The translations under genes were made by a program, and so were the position numbers. This document shows positions 28,337 through 38,377 of a stretch of 64,000 nucleotides of DNA, piece after piece. Origin of the DNA: a virus. Each line of letters opens with the position of its first letter. Within the stretch, counting starts at the first letter, position 1. Under the pieces are notes generated by a model. That model did no database searches and had not been told where the DNA came from. It was given only the letters and a program-made list of their open reading frames with translations. The stretch spans positions 32,001 to 96,000 of the IMG/VR virus record IMGVR_UViG_3300035704_000001. One strand, written 5' to 3'.

Positions 28337-28791
28337 CGAAGCTGGTGCTGCGGATGCTGACCGGGCAGGAGATGGCTGACGAGGATGCCTGGCGGTACCA
28401 GCAGGAGGTGGACCTCGCCTGGCACCGGTGGAAACTGGCCAGCTGCGAGGAGCGGGGCGGGCACTGGTGGTTCCTGGAGATCCACCCGGACGACGGTATC
28501 TACCTGAGCTGCCTCGGCTGCGGCGCCGACGTCGATGACCTCATCCCCGACGGGTCCGACCTGATGACCGGCACGTTCAGGGTCATGGAAGGCTACGACC
28601 TGACCCTGGACATGGGCGATGTCATCGTCAACGGGCGGTACCAGGATCGCGGCGGCTACTGGGCCTGCGGCGGGATGAACATCGTCTACGGCTGGCGCGG
28701 CCCGGTGACCGCGAGCATCCGCACCGAGAAGTACGGCGGCTACTTCGAGCCGGCGGAATATGACGTCTGGATCGACCTGGAGGCCGTGTGA
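28333..28791 (+). CDS. hypothetical protein
   Basis: GTGA coupling. Confidence 0.6.
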   Translation: MTKLVLRMLTGQEMADEDAWRYQQEVDLAWHRWKLASCEERGGHWWFLEIHPDDGIYLSCLGCGADVDDLIPDGSDLMTGTFRVMEGYDLTLDMGDVIVNGRYQDRGGYWACGGMNIVYGWRGPVTASIRTEKYGGYFEPAEYDVWIDLEAV

Positions 28792-29615
28792 CCCCTGACG
28801 AGACGTTCGCCGCGCTGCCTCCCGCCCTGCTGCTGCTCGGGCCCGGGAGCTGGGACGCCGCGCTGAGCCTGTACGAGGCGAATCGGTCCTCGTTCAGCAC
28901 CAAGGTGGAGAAGCTGGACATCGAGCTGGCCCGCTACGTCCGGGCCCAGGCCTACATCAAGCCGTTCGGCCGGGAGGTCAAGGTCATCCTCATCGGCCTG
29001 GACGGCGCCTCCGCGGCCGCCCAGGACACCCTGCTGAAGCTGCTGGAGGAGCCGCCCTCTTACGTCCGGCTCATCCTGGCTGCGGCGCTGCCGCCGGCCG
29101 ACACCGTGGTGTCCCGGTGCCGGGTGCTCGTGCAGGGGACCGCCCCCGAGCCCGGTACCGACCCCGAGACCGATGCCGCCCGGCAGACGGTGGCGGCCGC
29201 GGTCCGCGCCGCCCGCGACGGGCATGCCGAGCTGCTGGCCGCGACGACGGCCAAGTGGGGCGACGTGCACACCGCGCAGCTCCGGGCCTGGGCGGCTGAG
29301 CGGGCCGCTGACCGCTGGCTGCAGTTCCCCGAGGACTTCATCACCGGCGTCTCCATCCCGCAGGCCCTGGTCATCCTGGCGGCGCTGACCGCCTTCTCCG
29401 GGTCGCGCACCTCTCACCTGGTCGCGTTCGACCGGGCGTTCCGGAGATTACAGAGATTCGCACGGGTTTTTCCCGGGCCCGCGGCCGATGGGTTAGCCCA
29501 TGACACGAGTCAACGGTCACGGGTCCCAGAAGAAGCCTGCCCAGCCGCAGCAGGTCCCGCCGCCGCCCCAGATCCCGCTGGAGCAGCTGCAGCAGCAGTT
29601 CGAGGCCGTCCGTGA
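28788..29615 (+). CDS. DNA Pol III delta'-like clamp-loader subunit (homology appears to end at TTA 29448)
   Basis: KVILIGLDGASAAAQDTLLKLLEEPPSYVRLIL...TVVSRC. Confidence 0.8.
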   Translation: MTPDETFAALPPALLLLGPGSWDAALSLYEANRSSFSTKVEKLDIELARYVRAQAYIKPFGREVKVILIGLDGASAAAQDTLLKLLEEPPSYVRLILAAALPPADTVVSRCRVLVQGTAPEPGTDPETDAARQTVAAAVRAARDGHAELLAATTAKWGDVHTAQLRAWAAERAADRWLQFPEDFITGVSIPQALVILAALTAFSGSRTSHLVAFDRAFRRLQRFARVFPGPAADGLAHDTSQRSRVPEEACPAAAGPAAAPDPAGAAAAAVRGRP

Positions 29616-29907
29616 CGAGAACCAGGAGCGGCTGGCCCATCTTGGCCAGCTCGGGGCCGAGATGGACCCGCTGTCGTTCGTGCACGCCCGGATGGACTGC
29701 CTGATCGACTCCATCTCCCGGTTCGCCGGGCCTAACGGGCCGCGCTGGGCCATCATCACCCGGCTGGAGTTCGAGCAGCACATCGCCCGGGAGCTGGATA
29801 CCATCGAGAAGGAAGCCACTACGGCCCAGCTGGCCCAGGGAGCGCTGTGGACGCCTTCGATGATCTCCCGGTATGCCCGGGAGACCGGCCTGTTCAGGCG
29901 CCCGTAG
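29500..29907 (+). CDS. hypothetical protein
   Basis: high GC3; Q/P-rich N-terminus. Confidence 0.65.
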   Translation: MTRVNGHGSQKKPAQPQQVPPPPQIPLEQLQQQFEAVRDENQERLAHLGQLGAEMDPLSFVHARMDCLIDSISRFAGPNGPRWAIITRLEFEQHIARELDTIEKEATTAQLAQGALWTPSMISRYARETGLFRRP

Positions 29908-29915
29908 TAAGGGGC

Positions 29916-30866
29916 ATGGCAACTTACTCGCAGTGGGCCCGGACCGGACCTCTCAAGCCTGTGACCTGGCTGTGCGGCGACGAGGCCGCCCTGATCCGCC
30001 TCGTACTCGACGCGTACCGCGCGGACACCCCCGGAGACTGCCAGTTCGCGCTGTTCGCCGCCGCCGGGGACAGCGGATGGCTCTGGGACGCGCTGCTGAC
30101 CGACTCCCTGCCCGAGTTCCCCCGGCTGACCATCGTGTACGGCGCGGAGAAGCTGACCAGCCTGGCGCCGATGGCGGCGCTGCTAGACGGCGCGGCCGCC
30201 GGCGGGTCCCGGGTCGTGTTCGTGTCCGCGGCCGCTGACTTCGACCAGGACAAGGAAAAGCACCTGGCGCCGCACCTGGCCGTCATCAAGGGGCACAAGT
30301 CGCGTCTCGGCCAGCTGATCCGGTGCTGTGCCCCGTCCAAGTCCGAGGACCAGGTGGCGCTGATCGCGTCCTGGTGGCCGGGGCTGACCCGCAACCAGGC
30401 CTGGACGGTGCTCCGCCGGTGCGGCCGCCTGACCCTGGCCGCGGAGGCGTGCGACAAGGCGGTGCGGGCCGGGCTGGCGCCGTCCGAGACGGCCATCACC
30501 GTGGTGTGCGAGGCCGAACCGGGTGCCGCGTTCGCCGAGGCCCTGGTGAAAGGCGACAAGGCCGGCGCGATGGCCGCGGCTCAGCTAGCCGGGCACGGCG
30601 AGACCGGCTACGGACTGGCCGTGCTGATCACTAAGCTGGGCCAGCTGGGTGCTATCTGCGCTGCGCAGAAGGCCGGAGCGGGCCCGCGCGATCTCGCGGC
30701 CCGGACCGGGATGGGCCGCTGGGTCGTGAGCCAGCTGGCCCCGTACGCCATCTCCTACGACGCCGGGCGGGTGGCCCGGTGCCGGGAGCTGCTGGCCATG
30801 GCCGAGTCCCGGCACCGCACCGGGGCGCAGGCCGGGGTGGCCCAGGCTGTCGTAGCCTGCTGGTAA
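29916..30866 (+). CDS. DNA Pol III delta-like (HolA) clamp-loader subunit
   Basis: LKPVTWLCGDEAALI, RLTIVYGAEKL, C-terminal helical collar; context of delta' and DnaX. Confidence 0.65.
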   Translation: MATYSQWARTGPLKPVTWLCGDEAALIRLVLDAYRADTPGDCQFALFAAAGDSGWLWDALLTDSLPEFPRLTIVYGAEKLTSLAPMAALLDGAAAGGSRVVFVSAAADFDQDKEKHLAPHLAVIKGHKSRLGQLIRCCAPSKSEDQVALIASWWPGLTRNQAWTVLRRCGRLTLAAEACDKAVRAGLAPSETAITVVCEAEPGAAFAEALVKGDKAGAMAAAQLAGHGETGYGLAVLITKLGQLGAICAAQKAGAGPRDLAARTGMGRWVVSQLAPYAISYDAGRVARCRELLAMAESRHRTGAQAGVAQAVVACW

Positions 30867-30881
30867 TCCGTAGTAACGGGC

Positions 30882-31235
30882 ATGTACCGCGTCTATTGCC
30901 GGCAGTGGCTGTCGTTCCTCACGTCCTCGGGGGTGGGGGAGGAAGGCCGTCTGGAGTGCCAGGTCCGGTTCCGTGACAAGTACCAGGGCCGGGTGCTCGA
31001 CGAAGACTGGCGGATCGTCGCGCCGGACAACGGCTACGGGCGTAGTTTTCTCATGCTGAAGCTGCCGAATTGCTGCGGCGAGTTCACCGGCGAGGGAGAT
31101 GCCCAGGCGCGAGCAGGGGAGAACGGGCACGAAGACCACCCGCACCAGGTAGTAGTGGCTGGTAGCGCGGAGGAGCGGGAACTGCTGGCATATGGGCGCA
31201 GACGACTCCGGGGAGCTGAAGATGGCACTCGCTGA
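30882..31235 (+). CDS. hypothetical protein
   Basis: GTA element at -12. Confidence 0.55.
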   Translation: MYRVYCRQWLSFLTSSGVGEEGRLECQVRFRDKYQGRVLDEDWRIVAPDNGYGRSFLMLKLPNCCGEFTGEGDAQARAGENGHEDHPHQVVVAGSAEERELLAYGRRRLRGAEDGTR

Positions 31236-31360
31236 GGTGGACAGGCTGACCAAGGAGAACGAATCGCTGCGGATCATCGCGCAGGTCACGATGTCCGAGC
31301 TGACCCCGGCCCAGATGGGCCGCGTGCGGGCACGGCTGGAGCCGCTGGACGCGGGAGCGG

Positions 31361-31603
31361 GTGCTGATGCCGCCTCCCAGTGAGCTGATCGTGGCCGTGG
31401 AGGTAGTTCCGGACGAGATTACACCGGAAAACGTGCTCGACGAGTTCATCGCGACCATGGACGAATGGGGACATCCGCCCTGGACGGACCCGGCTAGCGT
31501 GCCGATCGGAGAGCAGGTCATGCTGCCTGAGCCGGGGGTCCTGGCTGCCTGGGCCGGCTGGGGCAGCCGGCTGGCCCGGGCTGTCGGCTCCGGACGTATC
31601 TAA
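31361..31603 (+). CDS. hypothetical protein
   Basis: GGGAG RBS. Confidence 0.45.
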   Translation: MLMPPPSELIVAVEVVPDEITPENVLDEFIATMDEWGHPPWTDPASVPIGEQVMLPEPGVLAAWAGWGSRLARAVGSGRI

Positions 31604-31607
31604 GGGC

Positions 31608-34073
31608 ATGCCTGCTACTGCACCGAGCTACGAGCGGATCGACGACCTCGCCGAGTTCAGGACGCTGTGCGACCGGCTGGGGTCGGAGAAAAAGCCCATC
31701 GGCTATGACGTCGAGACCGGCTACCTCGGCCCGGACCTGTGGCACGGGGCGCTGCGGGCCGAGATCAACTACCTGGTCTCCGCGCAGCTGACCAACTCCC
31801 CTGACTGGGCCCGGATGGTGCCGCTGGCTTTCGATCACGGCGCCAATCTCGACAACAGGGCAGTAGCCGCGCTGCTGTGGGTGCTGTTTCACCTCACCGA
31901 CGACGAGGGGCTGCCGCTGGTGGTGGCGCACAACGCCTTCGCCGAGCTGCGGTGGACCGCCCGGTTCTTCCTCCGCAACCTGTGGGATCACCCGCTGTTC
32001 GGCCGCCAGGTGATCGCGGCGCGCGGCTACTTCCCGATCCGGTCGGACACCCTGCTGGAGTCGTTCGTCGAGGCCCGGCATCCCAAGCACGGCCTCAAGG
32101 ACATCACGCTGTGGGACTTCGGCCACCAGATGGCCGAGATCGAGTCCCTGTTCCCCAGCCTGACCAAGAAGCAGAAGGACTGCCTGCGGTTCTCCACGCT
32201 CGACCCGGGCCGGCCCGATGTCGTGGACTACGCCTGCGAGGACGCGCTGTGGTGCCTCCAGGCGCACCTGCTGCGCTGGGCCGAGCTGCGCAAGGACCCC
32301 ATCTTCAAGATGGAGATGCAGATCCTGCCCATCGTCTGCGACATGGCCGACGAGGGCTTCGAGATGGACTGGGACTACATCCGCCGCGGGGCCCGGGAGG
32401 CGCGCGAGTTCGAGCAGCTGTTCCTGGCCGAGATCCGCGAGGACTTCGCTGAGCTGCTGGGCCGGGAGCTGCCGGTCACGTTCAACTTCAACTCCTCCCA
32501 GCAGCTCTCCAAGCTGTTCTACGAGGACCTGAAGCTGCCGGTGGTGCACTGGACCAAGGGCACCGACAACAGCCCGCCCAAGCCGTCGGTGGACGCCAAG
32601 AACGCGCTGCCCAAGCTGTCCAAACTGTGCCCGGCGGTGGCCCGGTACTGGAAGTACTCCAAGCTGGTCACGCTGCGCACCAAGTACCTGGAGCTGTACG
32701 ACGTCAAGTACCTGTGGGCGGATGACTACCGGGCCCACTGCACCCTGCTCCAGTACGGCACGATTGCCGGCCGGTTCAGCTGCGAGGACTTCAACTACCA
32801 GCAGATGTCGGCGCCGTTCAAGGCCGAGCTGCGCGACGGCACGACCTTCGAGTTCCGGCTGCGCGACGCCATCAAGGCCCCGCTGCCCGGCGCCCGGCCG
32901 TGGTGGGAGCTGGTGCTGGAAGAGGCCGGCGCCCCGGTGGCGGAGCTGTGCCCGCCCGAGGAGGGCCGCGAGCTGGGCTGGTACATCCTGGGCGGCGACT
33001 ACAGCCAGATCGAGCTGCGGGTCATGGCCAGCCAGGCGAACTGCACCCGGCTGATTGCCGACTACCGGGCCGGGGCCGACGTGCACCGCCGCACTGCGGC
33101 GCTGATGCTCGGCATCACCGAGGACGCGGTGTCCGACGAGGAGCGGGCCAAGGGCAAGACCCGCAACTTCGCCAACATCTACGGCCAGGGCTTCAAGGCG
33201 CTGGCCGACCAGCTCGGCATCTCCGAGGACGAGGCCCGGCTGAAGGACCAGCAGTACCGGACGCTGTACCCCGAGCTGAAGCCGTACCGCGAGCGGGAGA
33301 TCGCCCAGGCCCGGCGGCAGGGCTACCTCCGGACGCACTTCGGCCGGAAGGTCACCATCCACGAGTACAAGGACCCGGATGAGAAAATCCGGGCCAAGGG
33401 CGACATGACCGCCGGGAATGCGTGCATCCAGGGCCCGGCGACGGGAGATTACGTCAAGCTTGCGATGATCCGGGCCGTCCGGTTCCTGCACCGGGCCGGG
33501 CTCGGGAGCAAGGTCAAGCTGATCATGAACGTGCACGACGAGCTGCAGTTCGCGGTGCGCAAGGACGTCACGCCGGCCGAGGTCATCGCGGTGCTGACGC
33601 CGGCGGTCATCTTCGACGTCAAGGGCTGGCTGCCCATGGAGATGGAGTGGAAGATGGGCCGTACCTGGGGCTCGGTGAAGAAGCTGGAGCTGGGCGCGGA
33701 CGGCAGCGTGCACCTCAAGGGCAAGGTGCCCGCGCACCTGAAGCTGCCGGATGCCCCGCCCGAGCCCGTCCTGGTGCCCGTGGCCGCCGCCGCGGAGCCC
33801 GCCTCGTCCGGGCCGGCCCGGACCGTGATCATCACCGCCGACGACGTGCCCGGCACCGCCGACGCGGAGCGGCTGAAGGCGCTGCTGGCCTCGCTGCCCG
33901 GGCCGAACACGGTCCTGCTCCGGGTGCCTGGCGGAGACGTGCAGGTCAGGGGGACGTCCGGGCTGACGCCGGAGCACGAGGCCCGGATCGCCACCATCCT
34001 GCCGGGCGCGCTGGTCTGCTATGACCTGGACTCAGTGGACCGCGAGATGCTGGTCAGGGACCTTCGGCTGTAA
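31608..34073 (+). CDS. polA: family A DNA polymerase with 3'-5' exonuclease and extra C-terminal domain
   Basis: YDVET/AHNA/YACEDA (Exo I-III); DYSQIELR (motif A); RAKGKTRNFANIYG (B); NVHDEL (C). Confidence 0.93.
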   Translation: MPATAPSYERIDDLAEFRTLCDRLGSEKKPIGYDVETGYLGPDLWHGALRAEINYLVSAQLTNSPDWARMVPLAFDHGANLDNRAVAALLWVLFHLTDDEGLPLVVAHNAFAELRWTARFFLRNLWDHPLFGRQVIAARGYFPIRSDTLLESFVEARHPKHGLKDITLWDFGHQMAEIESLFPSLTKKQKDCLRFSTLDPGRPDVVDYACEDALWCLQAHLLRWAELRKDPIFKMEMQILPIVCDMADEGFEMDWDYIRRGAREAREFEQLFLAEIREDFAELLGRELPVTFNFNSSQQLSKLFYEDLKLPVVHWTKGTDNSPPKPSVDAKNALPKLSKLCPAVARYWKYSKLVTLRTKYLELYDVKYLWADDYRAHCTLLQYGTIAGRFSCEDFNYQQMSAPFKAELRDGTTFEFRLRDAIKAPLPGARPWWELVLEEAGAPVAELCPPEEGRELGWYILGGDYSQIELRVMASQANCTRLIADYRAGADVHRRTAALMLGITEDAVSDEERAKGKTRNFANIYGQGFKALADQLGISEDEARLKDQQYRTLYPELKPYREREIAQARRQGYLRTHFGRKVTIHEYKDPDEKIRAKGDMTAGNACIQGPATGDYVKLAMIRAVRFLHRAGLGSKVKLIMNVHDELQFAVRKDVTPAEVIAVLTPAVIFDVKGWLPMEMEWKMGRTWGSVKKLELGADGSVHLKGKVPAHLKLPDAPPEPVLVPVAAAAEPASSGPARTVIITADDVPGTADAERLKALLASLPGPNTVLLRVPGGDVQVRGTSGLTPEHEARIATILPGALVCYDLDSVDREMLVRDLRL

Positions 34074-34081
34074 TAAGGGGC

Positions 34082-34435
34082 ATGACAGCAATCAAGGCGG
34101 GCTGGGCCCGCAAGGATTACGGACGGGATCGCTACGACGTCGAGGTGGACCTGGCAGACCTGCCGGACATCCTCGCCGAGCATGGCGTGGACCCCGTGAA
34201 GACCGATGCCATCCCCTACAGCCGCCGGCTGACCATCCTCCGGCTGGTCGCGGAGACCCATTCCACCGACGTCTACGCGCGGCGCGAGATCGTGGATGCC
34301 GGGTGGGATCAGACGGGCGCCCCGCCTGCGGCCGTGGCCGACGTCCTGCGCCGGCTCAAGACCGTCAAGGCGCAGCTGGACAAGATCCTGGCCGACTACA
34401 AGCCGGCGGAGGCCCCGGAGCCGGCGGGCACGTGA
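34082..34435 (+). CDS. hypothetical protein
   Basis: GTA element at -12. Confidence 0.65.
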   Translation: MTAIKAGWARKDYGRDRYDVEVDLADLPDILAEHGVDPVKTDAIPYSRRLTILRLVAETHSTDVYARREIVDAGWDQTGAPPAAVADVLRRLKTVKAQLDKILADYKPAEAPEPAGT

Positions 34436-34956
34436 GCCAGCCCCTGCCCGGCATCCTGGGTCAGGTCGAGGCGCTGACCGCGCAGTGGGGCGATGCGATG
34501 GCCCGGCTGCGGTTCGGCACCGAGGAAGTGCCGCTGGAGGTGCCGGGTGCCGATGCCGAGGGTCACGAGGTGCACGAGGCGCTGCTGGCCGTCCGGGCCC
34601 GGCTCGACATGGCCGAGCAGCTGCTGAAGGGCGCCCGGATCGAGCGGCGCCGGTTCCGGGCCCGGGCCAAGATCCGCGCCCAGGAGCGGGACGACGAGTA
34701 CGACAGGCGGCTGGCCAAGCTGGGCGAGGGGGCGGTGCGCCGGGAGTACGAGGGCGCGCAGGAGCGGATGGCCAAGGCCCGGCTCGACGTGGTGGAGCTG
34801 ACCCGCACGGCCCGCACGGCCGAGGCGGTGCGGGATCTGGTCGATGACGCTTATGAGGGCCTGCGCGACCAGTTCTTCGGCCTGCTGAACATCCGGCAGG
34901 AGCTGCTGGACCGGCTGCGTGAGCTGCAGTGGGAATCTTCCATGGAGCGCGGGTGA
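34432..34956 (+). CDS. coiled-coil protein, possibly UvsY-like recombination mediator
   Basis: helical charged protein upstream of SSB/RecA; function is inference. Confidence 0.55.
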   Translation: MSQPLPGILGQVEALTAQWGDAMARLRFGTEEVPLEVPGADAEGHEVHEALLAVRARLDMAEQLLKGARIERRRFRARAKIRAQERDDEYDRRLAKLGEGAVRREYEGAQERMAKARLDVVELTRTARTAEAVRDLVDDAYEGLRDQFFGLLNIRQELLDRLRELQWESSMERG

Positions 34957-35291
34957 GCGGGCTGGTCTGCGCCTTCGGCCCGTGCCGTAAGGCGGTTACC
35001 GGCGAGGTCCGGATCGAGGTGCACCGGGCCGGGGACGCCGACGTGGCGTTCGGGCCCGGCATCCGCGGTTTCCCGCTGGCCGCCGCCGCCGGCCCGCTGG
35101 TCGATGTCTTCCACACCCGGTGCTGGTGGGCTCAGGTCAAGCGGAACCGCCTGGCCGCGGCGAAGCTCGCCGATCCTGCCGGGTATTCCGGTCCCGCGCC
35201 TGACTGGCGCGAGCCGGTGACCTGCGATGTGGAGGATCTGCTCGGTGGAGTCTCACGAGATTATCGAGGAGCTGGAACGGCTCCAGACTGA
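34953..35291 (+). CDS. hypothetical protein
   Basis: GTGA coupling. Confidence 0.5.
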   Translation: MSGLVCAFGPCRKAVTGEVRIEVHRAGDADVAFGPGIRGFPLAAAAGPLVDVFHTRCWWAQVKRNRLAAAKLADPAGYSGPAPDWREPVTCDVEDLLGGVSRDYRGAGTAPD

Positions 35292-35406
35292 GTTCGGGCC
35301 GGGCCGGTGCCAGTTTCCGGACCCGCTGGAGGCCTGGTGGAACGACATCGACCATATCCAGTTCGATTCGGTCACCCAGACTTACCGGTTCGTCCCGGCT
35401 AGCTAG
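35245..35406 (+). CDS. 53-aa hypothetical protein (not in ORF track)
   Basis: GGAGG upstream; MESHEIIEELERLQTEFG... Confidence 0.4.
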   Translation: MESHEIIEELERLQTEFGPGRCQFPDPLEAWWNDIDHIQFDSVTQTYRFVPAS

Positions 35407-35475
35407 CGTCAGTGTCGGACCTCGCCCGTATAACAGGGTGAAGCGCATTCGCGGACCGAGCAAAGCAGGAGAGAC

Positions 35476-36702
35476 ATGAAGGTAGCACTCGGCGACAAGA
35501 CCAGCGCCAGCACGGGGCCGGACCTGTTCGAGAAGCTGGAGCTGTCCACTGACGAGGTGGCCCGGCTGATCATCCCGGTGGATGACGCGGACAAGGTGTT
35601 CGTCCACACCATGGAGGCGCCTGTCGTCTCCGGTGGCGAGATCAAGATGGAGACCAAGACCCGCAAGGACAAGTCCACCTACGACGTCATCGCCACCACG
35701 TTCGTGGGCCGGCGGCAGTGCCTGGGCGACCCGGACATCATGAAGGCCAACGGCGGCATCGACGAGGCCAACTGCCCGATGTGCGCGGCGGCCAAGGACC
35801 TGGGGGTGCCCGAGCTGATCCCCGAGCCCCGGTTCGCCCTGCCGGTCATCCGGGTCACCTGCACGTCCAAGACCTCCAGCGAGCCGCAGGACCCGCCGGG
35901 CGCGAAGGTCCTCGTGCTCACCCTGACCATCAAGCAGTACTCCGCCCTGCAGTCCAACTTCGACTCGATCCGCGAGCTGTACGACTGGCCCTCGGACCAC
36001 GAGGTCAAGCCCAACAACGCGGACATCATCGTCAAGTGCGCGGACGGGGACTGGAAGCGGTACGAATTCCAGCCGCCGAAGCGCCGGTGCTGGCAGCAGG
36101 GCAAGAACCCGGAGATGTTCGAGCTGATCAGGCGGCTGTGGGGGAACGCGGCCAACCGGCCCACTGACGAGCAGCTGGAAGCGGCCATCGCCCGCCCGGC
36201 CGACCGCCGCTGGGTCGAGATCGACCTGGAGAAGGTCACCAGCGCCTGGGCCGAGGTCCGTTCCATCCAGCGCGGCGGCTCCGGCGAGCGCCGTAACCAG
36301 CAGCCGGCCGAGACCGCCGGGGCCAATGTCAGTGCCGAGGCCGACCTGGCCGGCGCGCTCGACGACCTGGACGACATCGACGGCCTGCTGGGCGAGACTC
36401 CGGAGGAGGGCACTGCCGGCGAGCCGGACATGGCCGGGCTCGACGAGTTCGCCCCCGGCACGACCTCCAACCCTGCTCCCAACGGCAACGGCAGGGGTCC
36501 CGCGGCCGCGGCCGAGCCGGACCTGGCCGGCGCGCTCGACGACGTGCCGGACGACAGCTCCGGGGCTCCGTCGGCGGAGGACGAGGGCGAGCTGTTCGGC
36601 GACCCGGCTCCGGCTGCTGCCCCGGCCAAGCCGGCCGCCGCCAAGGCTGCTGCCCCGGCGGAGGAGACGGCGGACTTCGACTCGATCCTGGGCGGCCTGT
36701 AG
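35476..36702 (+). CDS. T4 gp32-like single-stranded DNA-binding protein
   Basis: H...C...CPMC Zn site; long acidic tail ending DFDSILGGL; AGGAG RBS. Confidence 0.75.
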   Translation: MKVALGDKTSASTGPDLFEKLELSTDEVARLIIPVDDADKVFVHTMEAPVVSGGEIKMETKTRKDKSTYDVIATTFVGRRQCLGDPDIMKANGGIDEANCPMCAAAKDLGVPELIPEPRFALPVIRVTCTSKTSSEPQDPPGAKVLVLTLTIKQYSALQSNFDSIRELYDWPSDHEVKPNNADIIVKCADGDWKRYEFQPPKRRCWQQGKNPEMFELIRRLWGNAANRPTDEQLEAAIARPADRRWVEIDLEKVTSAWAEVRSIQRGGSGERRNQQPAETAGANVSAEADLAGALDDLDDIDGLLGETPEEGTAGEPDMAGLDEFAPGTTSNPAPNGNGRGPAAAAEPDLAGALDDVPDDSSGAPSAEDEGELFGDPAPAAAPAKPAAAKAAAPAEETADFDSILGGL

Positions 36703-36704
36703 CC

Positions 36705-37277
36705 GTGCTTACCATCGTGGCGCTCGGTGCGCCGAAGACCCAGGGCAGCGTCAAGGCCGTGGTGTCTCGGAGCACCGGGCGCCCCATGATCAAGAAGGAC
36801 AACGAGAAGTCCCAGAACGAGTGGCGTGCCAACGTCCGGGACCAGGCTCGCGAGGTCATGGGCGACCGGGACCCGATGGAGGGCCCGGTTGTCCTGGCCA
36901 TCACCTTCACCCGGGACAAGCCGGGCTCTGCGCCGAAGCGCAAGCCCAGCTGGCCGTTTCAGAAGCCGGACTGGGACAAGCTGGCCCGGGCCATCTCTGA
37001 CGGACTGAAGGATGGCGGGGCGTACCGGGATGATGCCCAGGTGGTGTGGGCTATCGTCGCCAAGCACTACCCGATCAGCTCCGACGGACGCGAGCCGCTG
37101 CACGCCGGAGGTGACGCGGAGTTCATTCGCTGGCTGGCGACGCCCGGGAGCACCCTGGACGTCCTCAACGTCCCGGGCGTGGTGGTCCGGCTGGCACACC
37201 TGACCGAGTTCGACGGAATCCGCAAGCAGCTGGCTGACGCTGGCTACGAGCCGAAGGACGTGACTGGCGGTGCCTAA
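36705..37277 (+). CDS. RusA-like Holliday junction resolvase
   Basis: PKTQGS; [15 protein letters not shown]...YRDDAQVV. Confidence 0.88.
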   Translation: MLTIVALGAPKTQGSVKAVVSRSTGRPMIKKDNEKSQNEWRANVRDQAREVMGDRDPMEGPVVLAITFTRDKPGSAPKRKPSWPFQKPDWDKLARAISDGLKDGGAYRDDAQVVWAIVAKHYPISSDGREPLHAGGDAEFIRWLATPGSTLDVLNVPGVVVRLAHLTEFDGIRKQLADAGYEPKDVTGGA

Positions 37278-38334
37278 GGCAAGCGGGTCCGGGAAGAAGA
37301 CGGGCACCGGGCTCATCAAGGCGATGGAGCAGATCAACCGGGCCTACGGGGACGGGTCCATCCGCCGCATGGGCGACTCCGAGCGGGTGGCCGTCGAGGT
37401 GATTCCCACCGGTTCGCTCGCGCTGAACCGCGCGCTCGGAGTCGGCGGGTTCCCCCGTGGCCGGATCGTCGAGGGGTACGGGCCGGAGTCCTCCGGTAAG
37501 ACCTCGGTGGCCCTGCACGCCATCGCCAACCTGCAGAAGGCCGGCGGGACAGCCGCGTTCGTCGACGCCGAGCACGCGCTGGACCCGGAATGGGCCGAGA
37601 CGCTGGGCGTTAATGTCGATGACCTGCTGGTCTCCCAGCCGGATACGGGTGAGGAGGCTCTGGAGTCAGTAGACATCCTCACCCGGTCGGGCGAGGTGGG
37701 CCTGATCGTCGTTGACTCGGTGGCCGCACTGGTGCCCCGGGCAGAGATCGAGGGCGACATGGGGGACAGTCACGTCGGCCTCCAGGCCCGGCTGATGTCC
37801 CAGGCCCTGCGCAAGCTGACCGCCATCGCCGCGGAGAGCAACACCACGATCTACTTCATCAACCAGCTGCGCGAGAAGGTCGGCGTCATGTTCGGAAATC
37901 CCGAGACCACCTCGGGAGGCAAGGCGCTGAAGTACTACGCGTCGGTGCGGCTGGACATCCGCCGGATCGAGACCCTGAAAGACGGCACCGATGCCGTCGG
38001 CAACCGGGTCCGGGTCAAGGTGGTCAAGAACAAGATGGCCCGGCCATTCCAGGTGGCCGAGTTCGACTTCCTGTATACCTGCGGGATCTCCCGGGGCGGG
38101 GAGCTGGTCGACCTCGGGGTGGAGATGGGCATCGTCAAGAAATCCGGGGCGTACTACACCTACGACGGGACTAGCTTCGCCCAGGGCAAGCAGAACGCGG
38201 CTGCGTACCTGCAGGCTCACGGCGACATGGGGGACAAGATCGAGGCCGCCATCATGGCCGAGATGAGCCCGGCGGCCAAGGCGGCCGCGGCCGCGGAGGC
38301 CGAGACCGTGCCGTGGACCGAGGCAAAGCCGTAG
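37270..38334 (+). CDS. recA: RecA recombinase
   Basis: [47 protein letters not shown]. Confidence 0.97.
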   Translation: MPKASGSGKKTGTGLIKAMEQINRAYGDGSIRRMGDSERVAVEVIPTGSLALNRALGVGGFPRGRIVEGYGPESSGKTSVALHAIANLQKAGGTAAFVDAEHALDPEWAETLGVNVDDLLVSQPDTGEEALESVDILTRSGEVGLIVVDSVAALVPRAEIEGDMGDSHVGLQARLMSQALRKLTAIAAESNTTIYFINQLREKVGVMFGNPETTSGGKALKYYASVRLDIRRIETLKDGTDAVGNRVRVKVVKNKMARPFQVAEFDFLYTCGISRGGELVDLGVEMGIVKKSGAYYTYDGTSFAQGKQNAAAYLQAHGDMGDKIEAAIMAEMSPAAKAAAAAEAETVPWTEAKP

Positions 38335-38377
38335 TAACTGGGTGAGACCGAGCCCACGATAAGACCGGGAGACCCAG

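Noticed and set aside
31608-38334. Inteins or introns in PolA, RecA, DnaB or terminase
   Set aside because: Lengths are normal, motifs contiguous, and no C...HN-C/S/T splice signatures were seen.
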